From Calditrichaceae bacterium (GTDB taxonomy: Bacteria; Calditrichota; Calditrichia; Calditrichales; JBFXGD01), in contig JBFXLE010000006.1 in assembly GCA_050173015.1 (NCBI GenBank), forward strand, positions 64,001 through 128,000: a DNA stretch of 64,000 bases, written 5' to 3'. Under the pieces are notes generated by a model. The model was given only the letters and a program-made list of their open reading frames with translations. It did not search any database and was not told the origin of the DNA. Below are positions 1-9,038 of the stretch, piece by piece; the first letter of the stretch is position 1; each line of letters opens with the position of its first letter. The translations under genes and the position numbers were made by a program.

Positions 1-2
1 GG

Positions 3-791
3 GTATTAGAATACGATGTTGACGGATTTCGCTGTGATGTGGCAGAACGGGTTCCTTTAGAATTCTGGGAGCAGGCGCGCGCGGAGCTTGAGAAGATAAG
101 GCCGGTATTTATGCTGGCGGAAGGGGAAAATCCTGACCTTCAAATTGCGGCATTCGATATGACATACAGTTGGGGAATTCACCACGCCATGAATAAGATC
201 GCCAAAGGTGAAGATAACGCGGGGATCGTAAACGAATATTTGAAAAGGGAGAGCAGGGAATACCCGGAGAACGCATTCCGAATGCGGTTTACATCCAATC
301 ATGATGAAAACAGCTGTAATGGAACCGTCTTCGAACGTCTGGGTGAAGGTGCAAAGGCTTTCGCGGTCCTTTCGGCGACCATTCCCGGAAAGCCACTTTT
401 ATACAGCGGGCAGGAAACGGGCATGGATAAGCGGCTTGAATTTTTCGAGAAAGATCCCATTGAATGGAAAGAGAGCGATTTCCGTCCATTCTATACAAAA
501 TTGTTTAATCTTTATCAGCAAAACCCCGCGCTTTATTCGGGAAAATATTCAAAAATCAAAACGGATGAGGACGAGTCAGTCTATATCTTCATACGGGAAC
601 AGGCCCGGAACAAAATTATGGTTGTCCTCAATCTGTCCGAGCAAAGAATAAAAGTAAATGTGAAATCGGATCTCCTCACCGATTCCTACACGGAGCTTTT
701 TAGTGATGTGCGCGTCGAATATGTCAGTCCTCATCAATTTGATCTTGAACCGTGGGCTTATCGGATCTTTGTGAAAGAACAACGGGATTAG
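3..791 (+). CDS. GH13 alpha-amylase family glycoside hydrolase (5'-partial)
   Basis: Frame is open from the window edge: VLEYDVDGFRCDVAE (nucleophile region), MLAE (acid/base), NHDE (third catalytic residue), then a C-terminal beta domain. Confidence 0.9.
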   Translation, partial: VLEYDVDGFRCDVAERVPLEFWEQARAELEKIRPVFMLAEGENPDLQIAAFDMTYSWGIHHAMNKIAKGEDNAGIVNEYLKRESREYPENAFRMRFTSNHDENSCNGTVFERLGEGAKAFAVLSATIPGKPLLYSGQETGMDKRLEFFEKDPIEWKESDFRPFYTKLFNLYQQNPALYSGKYSKIKTDEDESVYIFIREQARNKIMVVLNLSEQRIKVNVKSDLLTDSYTELFSDVRVEYVSPHQFDLEPWAYRIFVKEQRD

Positions 792-839
792 ACGCGGGAT
801 GGCAACCGACTAAGGCAGAGTTTGTAAATAAAATAAGGA

Positions 840-1454
840 TCACTTCGCGCGGCTGACCCACGGGTTGTCTCTGATCATAAAGCGCCGGTGCAGTTTTGCA
901 TCCTCACCGGCGTAGCCGACGCCAACGCGGGGCGCCGCGATAATATCGTCATTATCAATATTGATTCCCCGGTCTTCTACCCAGATATTTCCATCAAACA
1001 GCGACATACCCGAATGCGATGTGTTAATTCCAAGAGCAATGGTCAAAAGTCCCGGTCCGCCGGTGATGCTCCTGTCCGGTTTGGATTTTTTACGCCGCTT
1101 AAGCATAATATGGACGCCGTCAATGGGTTGCAGGGCGCGGATCAGGACGGCATGCGGCACCCCAATGTGGTTGGTGACAATATTGAACAATGAATATATT
1201 CCATAAATCAAATAGACATAAGCGGTTCCGCCCTCATGATACATTACCTCGGTTCTTTTCGTCTTTCTGTGATTGTAGGCATGAGAAGCGCGGTCTGTCA
1301 CTCCGGCGTAGGCCTCCGTTTCGACAATCATTCCGGCTGTATATTGCCCGTCAAATTCTGTAACAAGGAATTTCCCCAGCAGTGATTTGGCAGTTTCCTC
1401 CACGTCCTGCCGCATATAAAAAGATTGCTCTAATTTCATATAAACAAGCTCCAT
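840..1454 (-). CDS. mpg: DNA-3-methyladenine glycosylase (MPG/AAG family)
   Basis: IVETEAY, DRASHAY, AYVYLIYG, AVLIRA, GPG and PRVGV motifs; alternative start at 1439. Confidence 0.92.
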   Translation of the reverse strand: MELVYMKLEQSFYMRQDVEETAKSLLGKFLVTEFDGQYTAGMIVETEAYAGVTDRASHAYNHRKTKRTEVMYHEGGTAYVYLIYGIYSLFNIVTNHIGVPHAVLIRALQPIDGVHIMLKRRKKSKPDRSITGGPGLLTIALGINTSHSGMSLFDGNIWVEDRGINIDNDDIIAAPRVGVGYAGEDAKLHRRFMIRDNPWVSRAK

Positions 1455-1516
1455 TGTCCATCATCCATCTGGAATAGGATTAATATAAGGGGTCGGAAAA
1501 AAATCCCAAAATAATC

Positions 1517-1545
1517 TTGATTACTAAAATTGATTCAATTAGATT
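1517..1545 (+). promoter_or_regulatory. Putative sigma70 promoter for the riboswitch-btuB transcript
   Basis: TTGATT(1517-1522)-N17-TAGATT(1540-1545), immediately upstream of the riboswitch. Confidence 0.5.
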
Positions 1546-1549
1546 GCCT

Positions 1550-1773
1550 CCAGTCTAAAATTTTATGTTCTTATAAAATTAAGATTTCAGTAACGGGAAG
1601 CGCGGTGAAAAACCGCCACTGCCCCGCAACTGTAAGAGCGGACGAAAGCCAAATTGATGCCACTGTTCTGGTAACGGAATGGGAAGGGTTGGCGAGTAGA
1701 ACGATGCTTAAGTCAGGAGACCGACTGAAATTGAATATCCCAGGCAAAGTTTACGTGGGTAAATTTTGGGATT
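1550..1773 (+). promoter_or_regulatory. Cobalamin (B12) riboswitch, class I-type, with P13 hairpin
   Basis: Conserved blocks GGGAA-gcGGTGAAAaaCCgc-CACTGCCCCGCAACTGTAA, GCCACTG...TGGGAAGG, and B12 box AAGTCAGGAGACC. The loop CGTGGG of hairpin 1737-1772 can kiss the L5 loop CCCCG. Lies upstream of a TonB-dependent receptor. Confidence 0.95.
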
Positions 1774-1909
1774 TCCGCTTGGTTAAATTTGATCATATCG
1801 AATTACCGGCCGGAAGTTAATTCCACACATCCATCCACGGATATTCAACTCAGTCCGTTTCCTCAAAATCCCTTCCATATTAAATTCACATTCGCGACCG
1901 GAAACGCCC

Positions 1910-4030
1910 ATGTTTCGAAATTATTTGTTTGTCATATTACATCTCGTAATCCTGACGGATTTTACTCTGTGCGGGGAGAGACATATGATTGTCTGTGATT
2001 TATGGAATGGAATGCCGCTCACGGGCGTCACTATAGAATCTCATTCAGATACAACATCCACAAAGACAGACGGGAAATTTATTCTGAAAGATGACCCGGT
2101 CAAGTTAAGCCGCAAAGGATATTTCGATGTAAATATAAATCCCTCGGAGTTTTCAGGCGGTCTGGTTTATATGGAACCCGTCCAGAGTACTGATCTGATT
2201 ACAGTGGCGCGCTCAAAGGAATCGGACAGCCGGTTAATGCTGCCGGCTCATATCAGCCGGATCGATATTCCTGATTACCGCTCCGGATCGTTGAAGAGTT
2301 TAGATAAACTGTTATCGGTTGAGTCGGGCATATTGATCAAATCATACGGCGGGCAGGGGCAGCTACAGACAATATCAATTCGTGGAATGAGTTCGGAGCA
2401 GACACAACTCCTGTTTGACGGTGTTCCCTTGAATAGTTTACAGCTTGGCGGCGCGGATTTGGGACAATATGAAACCGGTCAGATAGGGTCTCTGGAAATT
2501 TATCGTGGCGGAAACGCTCTTTTCGGAGGAAGCGGGGCAATCGGGGGGAGCGTGAATCTGCACCCGGAAAGGCCGGCCGATCAAATCGGATATAAACTAA
2601 ATGCCGGTTTGGGATCATTCAATACCGCTAATTATGGATTTTCAGTGGATCTGCCTTTAAAAAATTACAAACAAAAAATAAGTATTGGTAAATCATCGGG
2701 GGACAATGATTATAAGACGCATTATGATAATGAAAATATAAAATTGCGGAACCGGGATTTCGAAAGGCTGAATTTCAATTATAACGGCATTCTTGACTTA
2801 AATAAGAACAAACAGATTGATATTTTTCTTTCGAATTACCGGAATGAAGCCGGCGCCCCGGACCCGTTTGTGAGTCCCGTGGCTGAATCGGCCAATCTTG
2901 CCAGGAGAGATGATGATTATACCTTACTTAAACTACGGTTTAACCAACAGAGCAAGCGCGGCGGTTACAGTGTTCAAACGTACATCCGGAATGAATGGAT
3001 GGGGTATGATGATCCTTCCGTCATTTTAAATAATCAGGCGCTGCACAGCCTTCATTTTAACAGGGAAAGAGGCGTGCAGGCGCGCGGGAATTATTTAGCG
3101 ACTCATCATTTGCTGATTCATACCGGATTTGAAGGGGCATGGCAGTATATCAAGAGCACGGACGCGGGCGAGCATGAAAAAAGACGATTGGCCGGGTATC
3201 TGCTTCTGGACTGGGAGGCCTTCCGCGATTCAGGCCGTCTGGAAGCGGTACACCTGAACGCGAGCGCGCGGATGGAGTCAGATTCACAATTCGGAGAGGC
3301 GCTGCTGCCCGGTATCGGCTTCAGCGCGAATATGAATCATACACAGATTTATGGCTCTGTGACCAGAAATTACAGGGCCCCCACATTTAATGATTTATAC
3401 TGGCAGCCCGGTGGAAATTCGGATCTGGATGCGGAAGAGTCGGTGAACGCGGAACTGGGAATTGATTTTGAACAGAGATATCGCCCCGGAATCATTCATA
3501 TTAATCTCACCGGCTATATGAATCGTGTTGATAATCAGATTAAATGGCTGCCGGCAGGTAATTACTGGACCCCGGAAAATATCCTTGAAGTTTTTAGCAG
3601 AGGATGGGAATTTGAAATCGGTCTCTCGGATCAGGAGCGTGTGACCAGTCTGCAATTCAATTATACCCGGGGGAAATCCGAAAAAAGCAGACCGGAATTT
3701 AAAGGAGATAAAAAGGATGGGAATCAGCTTCCCTACATCCCGCGCGAACAATGGAGTATCAGGGCGCAAACAGGCTGGAAATTTACAAGAATCGGATTGC
3801 AGGGAACCGGGATGGGTTTTCGCTATGAAACGCTGCAAAATAATTTTGATGAAATTTTACCGTCGAATACTGTCTGGCGGATTTGGAGCGGTTTTGATTT
3901 CCTGGTATCCGGTCACGAGTTGACGTTTGATCTGGCGATGGAGAACATTTTTGATCTGGAATACGAACTGATAAGCGGCTATCCGATGCCGCCGGTACAA
4001 TATTCTATTTCAATTGGCATTGCCCGTTAA
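1910..4030 (+). CDS. btuB: TonB-dependent cobalamin receptor (BtuB-like)
   Basis: Plug motifs ISIRGMSSEQTQLLFDGVPLN and LEIYRGG..LFG.GAIGGSVN; barrel motif YRAPTFNDLYW; short N-terminal carboxypeptidase-regulatory-like segment; follows a B12 riboswitch. Confidence 0.85.
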   Translation: MFRNYLFVILHLVILTDFTLCGERHMIVCDLWNGMPLTGVTIESHSDTTSTKTDGKFILKDDPVKLSRKGYFDVNINPSEFSGGLVYMEPVQSTDLITVARSKESDSRLMLPAHISRIDIPDYRSGSLKSLDKLLSVESGILIKSYGGQGQLQTISIRGMSSEQTQLLFDGVPLNSLQLGGADLGQYETGQIGSLEIYRGGNALFGGSGAIGGSVNLHPERPADQIGYKLNAGLGSFNTANYGFSVDLPLKNYKQKISIGKSSGDNDYKTHYDNENIKLRNRDFERLNFNYNGILDLNKNKQIDIFLSNYRNEAGAPDPFVSPVAESANLARRDDDYTLLKLRFNQQSKRGGYSVQTYIRNEWMGYDDPSVILNNQALHSLHFNRERGVQARGNYLATHHLLIHTGFEGAWQYIKSTDAGEHEKRRLAGYLLLDWEAFRDSGRLEAVHLNASARMESDSQFGEALLPGIGFSANMNHTQIYGSVTRNYRAPTFNDLYWQPGGNSDLDAEESVNAELGIDFEQRYRPGIIHINLTGYMNRVDNQIKWLPAGNYWTPENILEVFSRGWEFEIGLSDQERVTSLQFNYTRGKSEKSRPEFKGDKKDGNQLPYIPREQWSIRAQTGWKFTRIGLQGTGMGFRYETLQNNFDEILPSNTVWRIWSGFDFLVSGHELTFDLAMENIFDLEYELISGYPMPPVQYSISIGIAR

Positions 4031-4067
4031 ATATGTTGTTTTATTCAAATATAAAAGGGGAGGATTC

Positions 4068-5126
4068 ATGTTTTTACGGATGATGATTTTAATTACAGCC
4101 GCAACCGGTCTGTTTTTCGCGTGCGAAGATGATCCAACGGGGCCGGATTCAAGCGCAACCGTGCCGCGGCCGTCGGGGGCTTTTATTATTAATGAGGGTA
4201 ATTACGGGCATTCTAACGGATCATTGTCCTTTTATAGCTTTGAAGAAGATACAATCACAAATAATATTTTTAAAGGAATTAACGGACGAAATTTGGGAGA
4301 TGTGGTTTTTAGCATGACGATTATTGACTCTCTTGGATATATTGTTGTAAATAATTCGGATAAAATAGAAGTGATCAGCACAAAAACATGGAAGAGCAAA
4401 GGCACTATCAACCTCGCGGCAGGATCAAGTCCCCGTTACCTAAGATCGGGAAGGGACGGAACGGCGCTGGTGACAAATTTATACTCTAATTCTGTATCCA
4501 TCATCGATCTATCGAATCTACAGGTGACAGGGAGCGTACCCGTTGGTTTAAATCCCGAAGGAATTGCAATTTCAGGCGATAAAGCATATGTTGCCAACAG
4601 CGGATTTGGATCGGATAATACGGTCTCCATAATAGATTTAAACTCAGAATCGGTTATAAAAACAATACGGGTCGGAGACTATCCGACGGTAATCGAATCT
4701 GATAGTCAGGGGAATCTTCAAGTGATGTGCAGCGGAAGCAACGGAGACTGGAACGATCCGAACGACGACTCCGATGGAAGTATTTATGTGATAGATCCCT
4801 TATCTGATAATGTAACCGACTCGTTAATTATTGCCGGGCATCCTTCCAGACTTTCCATCGAAGGGGGCGGGACAGGTTTTTATCTTGACGGCTTTTTTGG
4901 AAATGTCATGTCATATTCGGCTGAAAACATGACTTCTGATCCGCGGCTTCTCATATCGGGTTTATATTATGGTCTGAGGTATGAACCAGTCGCGGAGCGA
5001 TTGTTCGCGCTCGATGCCCTGGATTTTGTACAAAACGGATTGCTCAAAATCTATGACAAGAATGGAAACTTGCTGAACGAATTTGAGGCCGGAATAGGAC
5101 CCGGTTCATTAACCTTTATCTATTAA
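4068..5126 (+). CDS. YncE/BtuG-like beta-propeller lipoprotein (surface B12-binding)
   Basis: RBS GGGAGG before ATG 4068; lipobox FFAC; INEGNYG..NGSLS and VVNNSDKIEVI motifs; YVTN-type repeats; btuB context. Confidence 0.8.
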   Translation: MFLRMMILITAATGLFFACEDDPTGPDSSATVPRPSGAFIINEGNYGHSNGSLSFYSFEEDTITNNIFKGINGRNLGDVVFSMTIIDSLGYIVVNNSDKIEVISTKTWKSKGTINLAAGSSPRYLRSGRDGTALVTNLYSNSVSIIDLSNLQVTGSVPVGLNPEGIAISGDKAYVANSGFGSDNTVSIIDLNSESVIKTIRVGDYPTVIESDSQGNLQVMCSGSNGDWNDPNDDSDGSIYVIDPLSDNVTDSLIIAGHPSRLSIEGGGTGFYLDGFFGNVMSYSAENMTSDPRLLISGLYYGLRYEPVAERLFALDALDFVQNGLLKIYDKNGNLLNEFEAGIGPGSLTFIY

Positions 5127-5139
5127 CAGAGAGTAGAAA

Positions 5140-6036
5140 ATGAAAAAAAGAATAATTTTAATCATATTATCGGCCTTTCTGATCATCCAATGCTCGGGAG
5201 AACAGAAAAACGACGCGCAATTATACCCAAACGGGAAAAAAGTGCCGGACAGGATTATTTCGCTTTCTCCCAATATCACGGAAATCATCTATGCGTTGAG
5301 TCTGGAAGACAAGCTCGTCGCTGTAACGGATTATTGTAATTATCCGCCGGAAGCGCGCCAAAAAGAGAAAGTAGGCGGGTTGCTCAATCCGAATCTCGAG
5401 CTGATTGTTGCGTTAAAGCCGGATCTTATCATCGGTCCTCCCGCATATCACGATACTGCTGAAAAGCTGTCTGCGCAGGGAATCAGATCACTTTTGCTTC
5501 CGATGGATAATGTAAATGACATTTACAGTTCCATCGACTCGGTCGGCAGCGTTTTTCAAAGTGAAAAGCGAGCTGAGGATCTGAATCAGGCCATCAGGGA
5601 TTCTATAACGTATTATAATAGTAAAATAAAAGAGTTATCAATTGAAATGCCTTCGGCCATGCTGGTATTGGGACGGGAGCCGGGTACGACAAGAAATATT
5701 TCCGTACTGGGTCCCGGGAGTTTTGTCAATGAGATCTGGGAAGGGGCCGGAGGAATTAATTCCTTTTCTGATATGAAGATGGCATTCGCGCAGGTCAGCA
5801 GGGAAGCGGTGATTACCCGTAAGCCGGAGCTGATTCTAGAGTTTAAATTTAATGAAGAATGGAGTGATCAAAAAAATCAGCGGAACCTGGAGGAATGGGG
5901 CGATGTCAATGAGACGCCCGCGGTTTTGAAAAAGCATATTTATGTTTTGACAGGGGATTATACACTTATACCCGGACCGCGAACCTATTTGCTGGCGAAG
6001 GATTTTTATCAGATATTAAAAGAATACGGGGAGTGA
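5140..6036 (+). CDS. btuF: Cobalamin ABC transporter substrate-binding lipoprotein (BtuF-like, helical backbone)
   Basis: RIISLSPNITEIIYAL, VTDYCNYP, PNLELIVALKPDL and PGPR motifs; lipobox-like IIQC. Confidence 0.85.
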   Translation: MKKRIILIILSAFLIIQCSGEQKNDAQLYPNGKKVPDRIISLSPNITEIIYALSLEDKLVAVTDYCNYPPEARQKEKVGGLLNPNLELIVALKPDLIIGPPAYHDTAEKLSAQGIRSLLLPMDNVNDIYSSIDSVGSVFQSEKRAEDLNQAIRDSITYYNSKIKELSIEMPSAMLVLGREPGTTRNISVLGPGSFVNEIWEGAGGINSFSDMKMAFAQVSREAVITRKPELILEFKFNEEWSDQKNQRNLEEWGDVNETPAVLKKHIYVLTGDYTLIPGPRTYLLAKDFYQILKEYGE

Positions 6037-6304
6037 AAGGTTGTTCTTTCAGGAAATCAATAATTCTAAATAATTGATAGTTTTGATCGAATTATTGATG
6101 TTTTGATCATTGCTGAGATGATGTAAATCACGCGGGGAAAAGTCGGAGAAAATTAAATTTATTTATGAAATTTCCGGCTTTTAAAATGGGTTCTCATATA
6201 CAGATTTTTATTTTAAGCGGATCCGGTTATAGAAAATGGCACTCAAATTTAATCAAAGATAAGATGTCTGTCCCGATTTTAAAGGCCTGATTCAGATTTA
6301 ATTG

Positions 6305-6322
6305 TCGTGGAATAATTCACAA
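6305..6322. promoter_or_regulatory. Candidate Rex operator upstream of nrdJ
   Basis: TCGTGGA-ATAA-TTCACAA versus consensus TTGTGAA-N4-TTCACAA (2 mismatches). Confidence 0.4.
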
Positions 6323-6360
6323 AAAAATGATTCCTGAAATTTGTTTTATTCAAGGGTAGA

Positions 6361-6457
6361 ATTCTTTATATTGGGTTTTATTAAGTCGTAAAAAAATCAG
6401 AAATAGGATTTACTCAGGAACCGATTTACGGCAAGATAGAACCTCAGTATATCGTAT
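6361..6457. promoter_or_regulatory. Two candidate NrdR boxes
   Basis: attCTTTATATTGggt (6361-6376) and cctCAGTATATCGtat (6442-6457) resemble acaCwAtATaTwGtgt; the 81-bp spacing is atypical. Confidence 0.3.
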
Positions 6458-6515
6458 CAAATGTTTCCGATTTACATATTTTTGGAATGGAATCGCTGAT
6501 TTTGGGAGATGATTT

Positions 6516-9017
6516 ATGTTTTTAGACATGTTTAAACACAAAGGTAAATTTACCAAACTCTCAGGGAAGGATAATTTGAAAAGTTATCAAAATCTTTACC
6601 TGATGCTTAAGAAAAAGCAGACAAGCGGTGAATTGCCTGTTCATCCCGAAAATAACTATCTGGGGGATAACGATTTAGCAAAAAACATTTATGAAAAAAA
6701 ATATTATGTAAAAGACCTAGAGAATCGTCTTATGGAAAAAAATCCTGAAGACGTCTTTACCCGTGTAGCATCGTTTATCGCGTCTGTGGAACCTGATGCG
6801 GAACGAGGGGAAAAATGGGCGATTGAATTTTATAAATACCTGTATGACGGGAAATTTGTCCCCGGCGGAAGAGTCCTTGCCGGAGCGGGCGATTTGTATC
6901 GCTTAAAAACCCTCGCGAACTGTTTTGTAACCCTCATAGAAAAAGACAACATTGAATCCATCTACAATGCCGGTTACGAATGCGCGCGTACATATTCTTA
7001 TGGTGGCGGTATCGGAGTGGATATCTCGCCTTTGCGTCCAAAAAACTCGGTGGTCCATAACGCTGCCGACAGCTCGACGGGAGCGGTGTCTTTCATGGAG
7101 TTATATTCGCTCACAACCGGTTTGATCGGACAGAGCGGTCGCCGCGGAGCGCTAATGCTGACGATAGATGTAAAGCATCCGGATATCAAAGAATTCATCC
7201 GGGTCAAAAAAATTCCAAACTGGGTGACTGAACAGATTATCGAACAAATACGCTGGAGCGGAAAGTTTGATGATCTGCAACTTAAAGATATAGAACGACA
7301 GGTCATGGAAAATACCCAGGTAAGGTTCGCGAATATCAGTATTAAGGTTTCTGATGAATTTATGCAGGCTGTGGATGAGCAGAACCGCTATGGAAGGAAT
7401 AAAATTCTTGTTTACAAAAAATTTGATAAAACAATCCTGAATAAAGCTTACCAGGATGAGAACTATCACTATTCATATCAGATTCCGGCAAAGGACATCG
7501 AAAAATATGAACTGTTTCATGTCCTCGAAAATATAAGTTCACTCAATGATTATCTTTATAAGAACTATGAGCTGATGCTGACGGAAAAAGATCTGCAGGA
7601 TGCCTTTAAAAGAGATGTTTACGGCGATCTTGTTCTTCCATTGGAAAACGAGCCTTATGATCTGGCGGTCCGTTATAGCGGTGATTTTATGTTGTATTTC
7701 GGATCAGAACCCACCGGTGATATCAGACATCTGATCAAAGCAAGGGATGTTTGGGATTCGTTTGTTGAAGGTAATTACAAAACAGCGGAACCCGGATTGA
7801 TTTTCTGGAGCCGAATGAGTAAGTATTCGCCTTCAAACTATGTTGGCAGACCTATATCGAGCACAAATCCATGCGCGGAAGTGCCGCTTGAAAACGGCGG
7901 AGCCTGTAATCTGGCTTCAATTAATCTGTCACGATTTGTCATAAACGGTTTTCGGCCGGATGCTGCCCTGGACTGGGACGCGCTAAAAGATGTAACCAGC
8001 ACGGTTGTGCGCTTTCTGGATAATGTGGTGAGCTGGAATGAAGTCCTTAATCCACTTGAAAAGCAAAGGAAAGCGGCTGCCGAAACCCGCCGTTTGGGGT
8101 TGGGGATCATGGGGGCGGCGGACATGCTTAATCAGCTTGGAATCGCTTATGATTCTCAGGAAGGGATTGATCTGGTGGAGAAAGTGATGCAGGCGATTGC
8201 CAATGACGCCTATCAGGCATCAGCGGGTCTGGCGGAGGAAAAAGGCCCATCAAGCATCTTCAAATTTGAAGATTATTCCAGGGGGCCCTTCTTCAAAGAA
8301 ACGCTTTCACCCGAGACGCAAGCAGTAATTAAGGAGAAGGGTTTGCGTAATATCGCTCTCCTGGCAATAGCTCCCACGGGTTCGATCAGTAATATCGTTC
8401 TTGGATTTAATAATGGAAATACTAATTATCTGGGAGTAAGTAGTGGCGTCGAGCCGATTTTTGCATTATTTTATACACGCAGATCGGAATCATTCGGGAA
8501 TAAATTTTTTAAAGTATTTCACTCGACCGTACAGGCATATATAGATATACATAATGTCACCGATAAAGTAGCGAAGGCGCAGACAGAAGCTGAACTTACC
8601 GAATATCTGCCAAGTTACTTTTTCAGAACAGCTCATCATATTGTGGCCCAGAAAAGAGTTGATATTCAGGGACGTTGTCAAAAATATGTTGATCATAGTA
8701 TATCTTCTACCGTAAATTTATCGGAATCCATTGAGCCGGAAGTCATTTCGGATATATATCTGAGCGCCTGGAAAAAAGGATTGAAGGGGATTACGATTTA
8801 TCGCGACGGAAGCCGTTATCCCATACTGAGCGTAGAATCAGAGAAAACGGAATTTCAGAAATTAAAGGATAAAACGTTCCGGCTGAAAATAGACGAGGAG
8901 TCAGAAGAAGTTACCCTGAAGGGTGACGATATTCTTGTGATGCCAAATGGAAAATTGACAACGGTCTATCATTATGTCAAAAATAATAAAAACAAACAAT
9001 CACTGGTTGACGCCTAA
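6516..9017 (+). CDS. nrdJ: Adenosylcobalamin-dependent (class II) ribonucleotide reductase, catalytic chain NrdJa
   Basis: PGGRVL, LANCFV, GGGIG, QSGRRGALM, TNPCAE (thiyl Cys), CNLASINL, IAPTGSIS, VDHSISSTVN and KGITIYRDGSR motifs; no ATP-cone. Confidence 0.95.
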   Translation: MFLDMFKHKGKFTKLSGKDNLKSYQNLYLMLKKKQTSGELPVHPENNYLGDNDLAKNIYEKKYYVKDLENRLMEKNPEDVFTRVASFIASVEPDAERGEKWAIEFYKYLYDGKFVPGGRVLAGAGDLYRLKTLANCFVTLIEKDNIESIYNAGYECARTYSYGGGIGVDISPLRPKNSVVHNAADSSTGAVSFMELYSLTTGLIGQSGRRGALMLTIDVKHPDIKEFIRVKKIPNWVTEQIIEQIRWSGKFDDLQLKDIERQVMENTQVRFANISIKVSDEFMQAVDEQNRYGRNKILVYKKFDKTILNKAYQDENYHYSYQIPAKDIEKYELFHVLENISSLNDYLYKNYELMLTEKDLQDAFKRDVYGDLVLPLENEPYDLAVRYSGDFMLYFGSEPTGDIRHLIKARDVWDSFVEGNYKTAEPGLIFWSRMSKYSPSNYVGRPISSTNPCAEVPLENGGACNLASINLSRFVINGFRPDAALDWDALKDVTSTVVRFLDNVVSWNEVLNPLEKQRKAAAETRRLGLGIMGAADMLNQLGIAYDSQEGIDLVEKVMQAIANDAYQASAGLAEEKGPSSIFKFEDYSRGPFFKETLSPETQAVIKEKGLRNIALLAIAPTGSISNIVLGFNNGNTNYLGVSSGVEPIFALFYTRRSESFGNKFFKVFHSTVQAYIDIHNVTDKVAKAQTEAELTEYLPSYFFRTAHHIVAQKRVDIQGRCQKYVDHSISSTVNLSESIEPEVISDIYLSAWKKGLKGITIYRDGSRYPILSVESEKTEFQKLKDKTFRLKIDEESEEVTLKGDDILVMPNGKLTTVYHYVKNNKNKQSLVDA

Positions 9018-9038
9018 GATCAGGAGAATTGAAGCATC

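Noticed and set aside
1550-1732. Possible riboswitch variant lacking P2 (TTTCAGT 1585-1591 pairing with ACTGAAA 1724-1730)
   Set aside because: A conventional alternative exists (CAGTC 1551-1555/GACTG 1723-1727 with a TCTTA/TAAGA hairpin); I cannot decide between them without a covariance-model alignment
1530-1998. ORFs 1530-1820 and 1789-1998
   Set aside because: They overlap the cobalamin riboswitch and leader, have no recognisable protein motifs, and are best explained as spurious
7380-7680. Intein or group I intron in nrdJ
   Set aside because: The frame is continuous, there is no N-terminal Cys/Ser or C-terminal His-Asn splice motif and no homing endonuclease motif; reported instead as a plain insertion
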